A DNA stretch of 24,478 nucleotides from Octopus sinensis (lineage: Eukaryota), in contig NW_021836433.1 in the NCBI RefSeq assembly GCF_006345805.1, forward strand, positions 1 to 24,478. The letters are read 5' to 3'. Shown piece by piece: positions 22,365-24,478 of the stretch. Position numbers and translations under genes: made by a program. Positions within the stretch are counted from its first letter, which is position 1, and each line of letters begins with the position of its first letter. The notes below the pieces were generated by a model. It saw only the letters and a list, made by a program, of their open reading frames with translations. It was not told the DNA's origin and ran no database searches.

Positions 22365-22373
22365 TAATAATAA
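22299..22373 (+). repeat. (TAA)n tract, right of the retrotransposon insert
   Basis: Direct reading. Confidence 0.97.
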
Positions 22374-22520
22374 CATCAAAAAATACCTTAGGAATGAGAA
22401 ACCAGGTTCGAAATTTCCCCAAGACACCTGATGAAGGCTGGAGGGTATATCAGCCGAAACGTTGTGTTAACAACAAACAACATGAGGACAAATATCGGAA
22501 CCGTGAAACGTGAAACACGA
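22374..22520 (+). mobile_element. Tail of SINE family D (PLE-like, hammerhead-containing)
   Basis: catcaaaaaataccttaggaatgagaaaccaggttcgaaatttccccaagacacctgatga...; linkage to the head is inferred from the shared TAA tract and from memory of this octopus repeat. Confidence 0.7.
22423..22468 (+). ncRNA. Minimal type-I hammerhead ribozyme motif
   Basis: GACAC(22423-27)-CUGAUGA(22428-34)-A-GGCUG/CAGCC helix II-GAAA(22456-59)-palindromic ACGU helix III-GUU site (22461-63)-GUGUU(22464-68). Confidence 0.8.
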
Positions 22521-22754
22521 AGTATCAAGTAATAAAGTATGTGGCCTTAAACATATAAACATAGATACACACCACATAATACATACATGCATAACATGCA
22601 TACATACATACATACACACGTAAATGCAACATACACATATACGAACATTTATATATATATTTATTCAAAAATTGTAAATTCGACCATATATATTTTGTTC
22701 TCGACCTATAGTTGTTATATGTATGTGGTGAGTGTGCGTGTGTATGCATGTATG

Positions 22755-22831
<77 letters not shown>

Positions 22832-22984
22832 TACATTTGTGTGTCTGTAATGAGTACATACATACGCATATGTGTGGATGTATTTGTGTATAGCTGTCAA
22901 CATTGATGAAACCTTCATTCTTGAGATTGTCTCCCCTTCCCGTATGAAATGGTTCTTAATTGCCATTGAGTAATCGTAACATAT

Positions 22985-23189
22985 TCTTTCGCACAAGGCT
23001 TGTAATTTCGGGAGACGGACTTAATCGATTAAATCGATCTCAGGACTTAACTAGTATTTATTTCATCGACCTTCAGAGCATGAAAGGCAAAGTCGACCTC
23101 GGCGGATTGTGATCTCAGAACGTGAAAAACAAAGAAAATGTCACAAATGATTATGACTGACGTGCTAACGATTCTGCCACCTCGCAGCC
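22985..23189 (-). mobile_element. Near-full-length family-A SINE
   Basis: aaggcaaagtcgacctcggcggattgtgatctcagaacgt...cgtgctaacgattctgccacctcgcagcc. Confidence 0.88.
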
Positions 23190-23345
23190 TGAACGTAACC
23201 TCCAAATTCGTAGGAACATTAATAAAACAAGAATTTGTATTTGATAAACTTGTAGTCGTCGCTGTACTTATTTCACTTAGCTTAGTTTTGTTTAAATTAT
23301 GCTGTGAACATTAGCGTAATATTTGGCGACGTAACACATTCATAA

Positions 23346-23410
<65 letters not shown>
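23346..23410 (+). repeat. (GATA)n microsatellite
   Basis: Direct reading. Confidence 0.96.
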
Positions 23411-24053
23411 TTGATAGATAGGGATATAATTACTGCCAATATATATATTTATATATATATATATATACATACACACGCACACATATACTAAATAGAAAGA
23501 AAATGGAATCCACGAGTAAATCCACTGTTTTCTGCTGTCGTTGACGTCAGGTAGCCGAATACAGCGAACGGGCTTTAAACAGCATATTACAAGATGTATA
23601 CCTGAATATTGAATCGTTAATTTCATTTTTGTATATATATTATATATATATTATATATATATAAAACATATATATATATATTATGTATATGAGTGTGTGT
23701 ATGTGTGTGTGTGTGTGTGTGTATGATTCATGCTTCAATATATGTATATATTGTATAATGTATACATACAGGCATGTGTATAATTAATGCTTGTATCGCA
23801 AACGTCATTGTAATGTCCTCGTATTCATTCTCTTTTAACAGTGTACCTTAAATTTCACTAATAATTGTAATAGATTGAAAGAAAAAAAAAATCTCTTTAC
23901 TCTCTATGTTAAGTTTTTGTGTAAAACTCTCCTGAATGCACAAGACGATATCTTAAGAGGTTTCGAAAACGCCTCAAGTGTTTTTTTCTTATTCTTCGAT
24001 AGCAAATAATGTTGTATATAACAGAATGCTTTCTGCGTGTGTTTGTGTGTGTG

Positions 24054-24091
<38 letters not shown>

Positions 24092-24254
24092 TGTGTGTGT
24101 GTGTGTGTACGTGTGCTTATATGTAGACACGTACATTGGTATATGTGTGTGCAAGGAGAATGTGGGAAAGCATAAGTGGAGGAAGATGGTAGATTTACAG
24201 GTAGGTAGATTGATAAAATAGTTAAACAGAGAAACGGACCGTTAAATAGGTAGA

Positions 24255-24346
24255 TAGGTGAATAGACGCGTAAGGAAAACAGGCAGATAAACAGACAGAC
24301 AGACGAATAGATAGATAGAAGATAGATAGATAGATAGATAGATAGG

Positions 24347-24397
<51 letters not shown>

Positions 24398-24419
24398 GTA
24401 GATAGACAGACAGACAGAC

Positions 24420-24478
<59 letters not shown>
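24255..24478 (+). repeat. (GATA/GACA)n microsatellite running to the window end
   Basis: Direct reading. Confidence 0.96.

Noticed and set aside
21366-22373. CRISPR-like or prokaryotic repeat-spacer array
   Set aside because: The repeats are microsatellites flanking a retrotransposon; no fixed-length repeat/spacer pattern occurs anywhere in the window.

Overview
AT-rich, repeat-saturated eukaryotic intergenic or intronic DNA. The SINE families and microsatellite load suggest an octopod cephalopod (inference from remembered repeat sequences, no database search). No intact protein-coding gene can be supported, and nearly all track ORFs are translations of (TA)n, (TG)n or (GATA)n microsatellites. 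The window holds about 15 tRNA-derived SINE copies from at least 4 families, several with clear target-site duplications and nested insertions. It also holds a 5'-truncated, frameshifted R4/Dong-type (RLE endonuclease) non-LTR retrotransposon sitting in a (TAA)n tract, and several short Penelope-like (PLE) terminal-repeat fragments carrying minimal hammerhead-ribozyme (HHR) motifs, two of them folded back into long inverted repeats. The most striking structure is a composite at 21294-22520: Pol III tRNA head + (TAA)n + a tail containing a well-formed minimal type-I hammerhead, with the R4/Dong fragment inserted into its TAA tract. A ~3.6 kb repeat-poor stretch (17550-21214, minus strand) may be a decayed gene, but I could not identify it.
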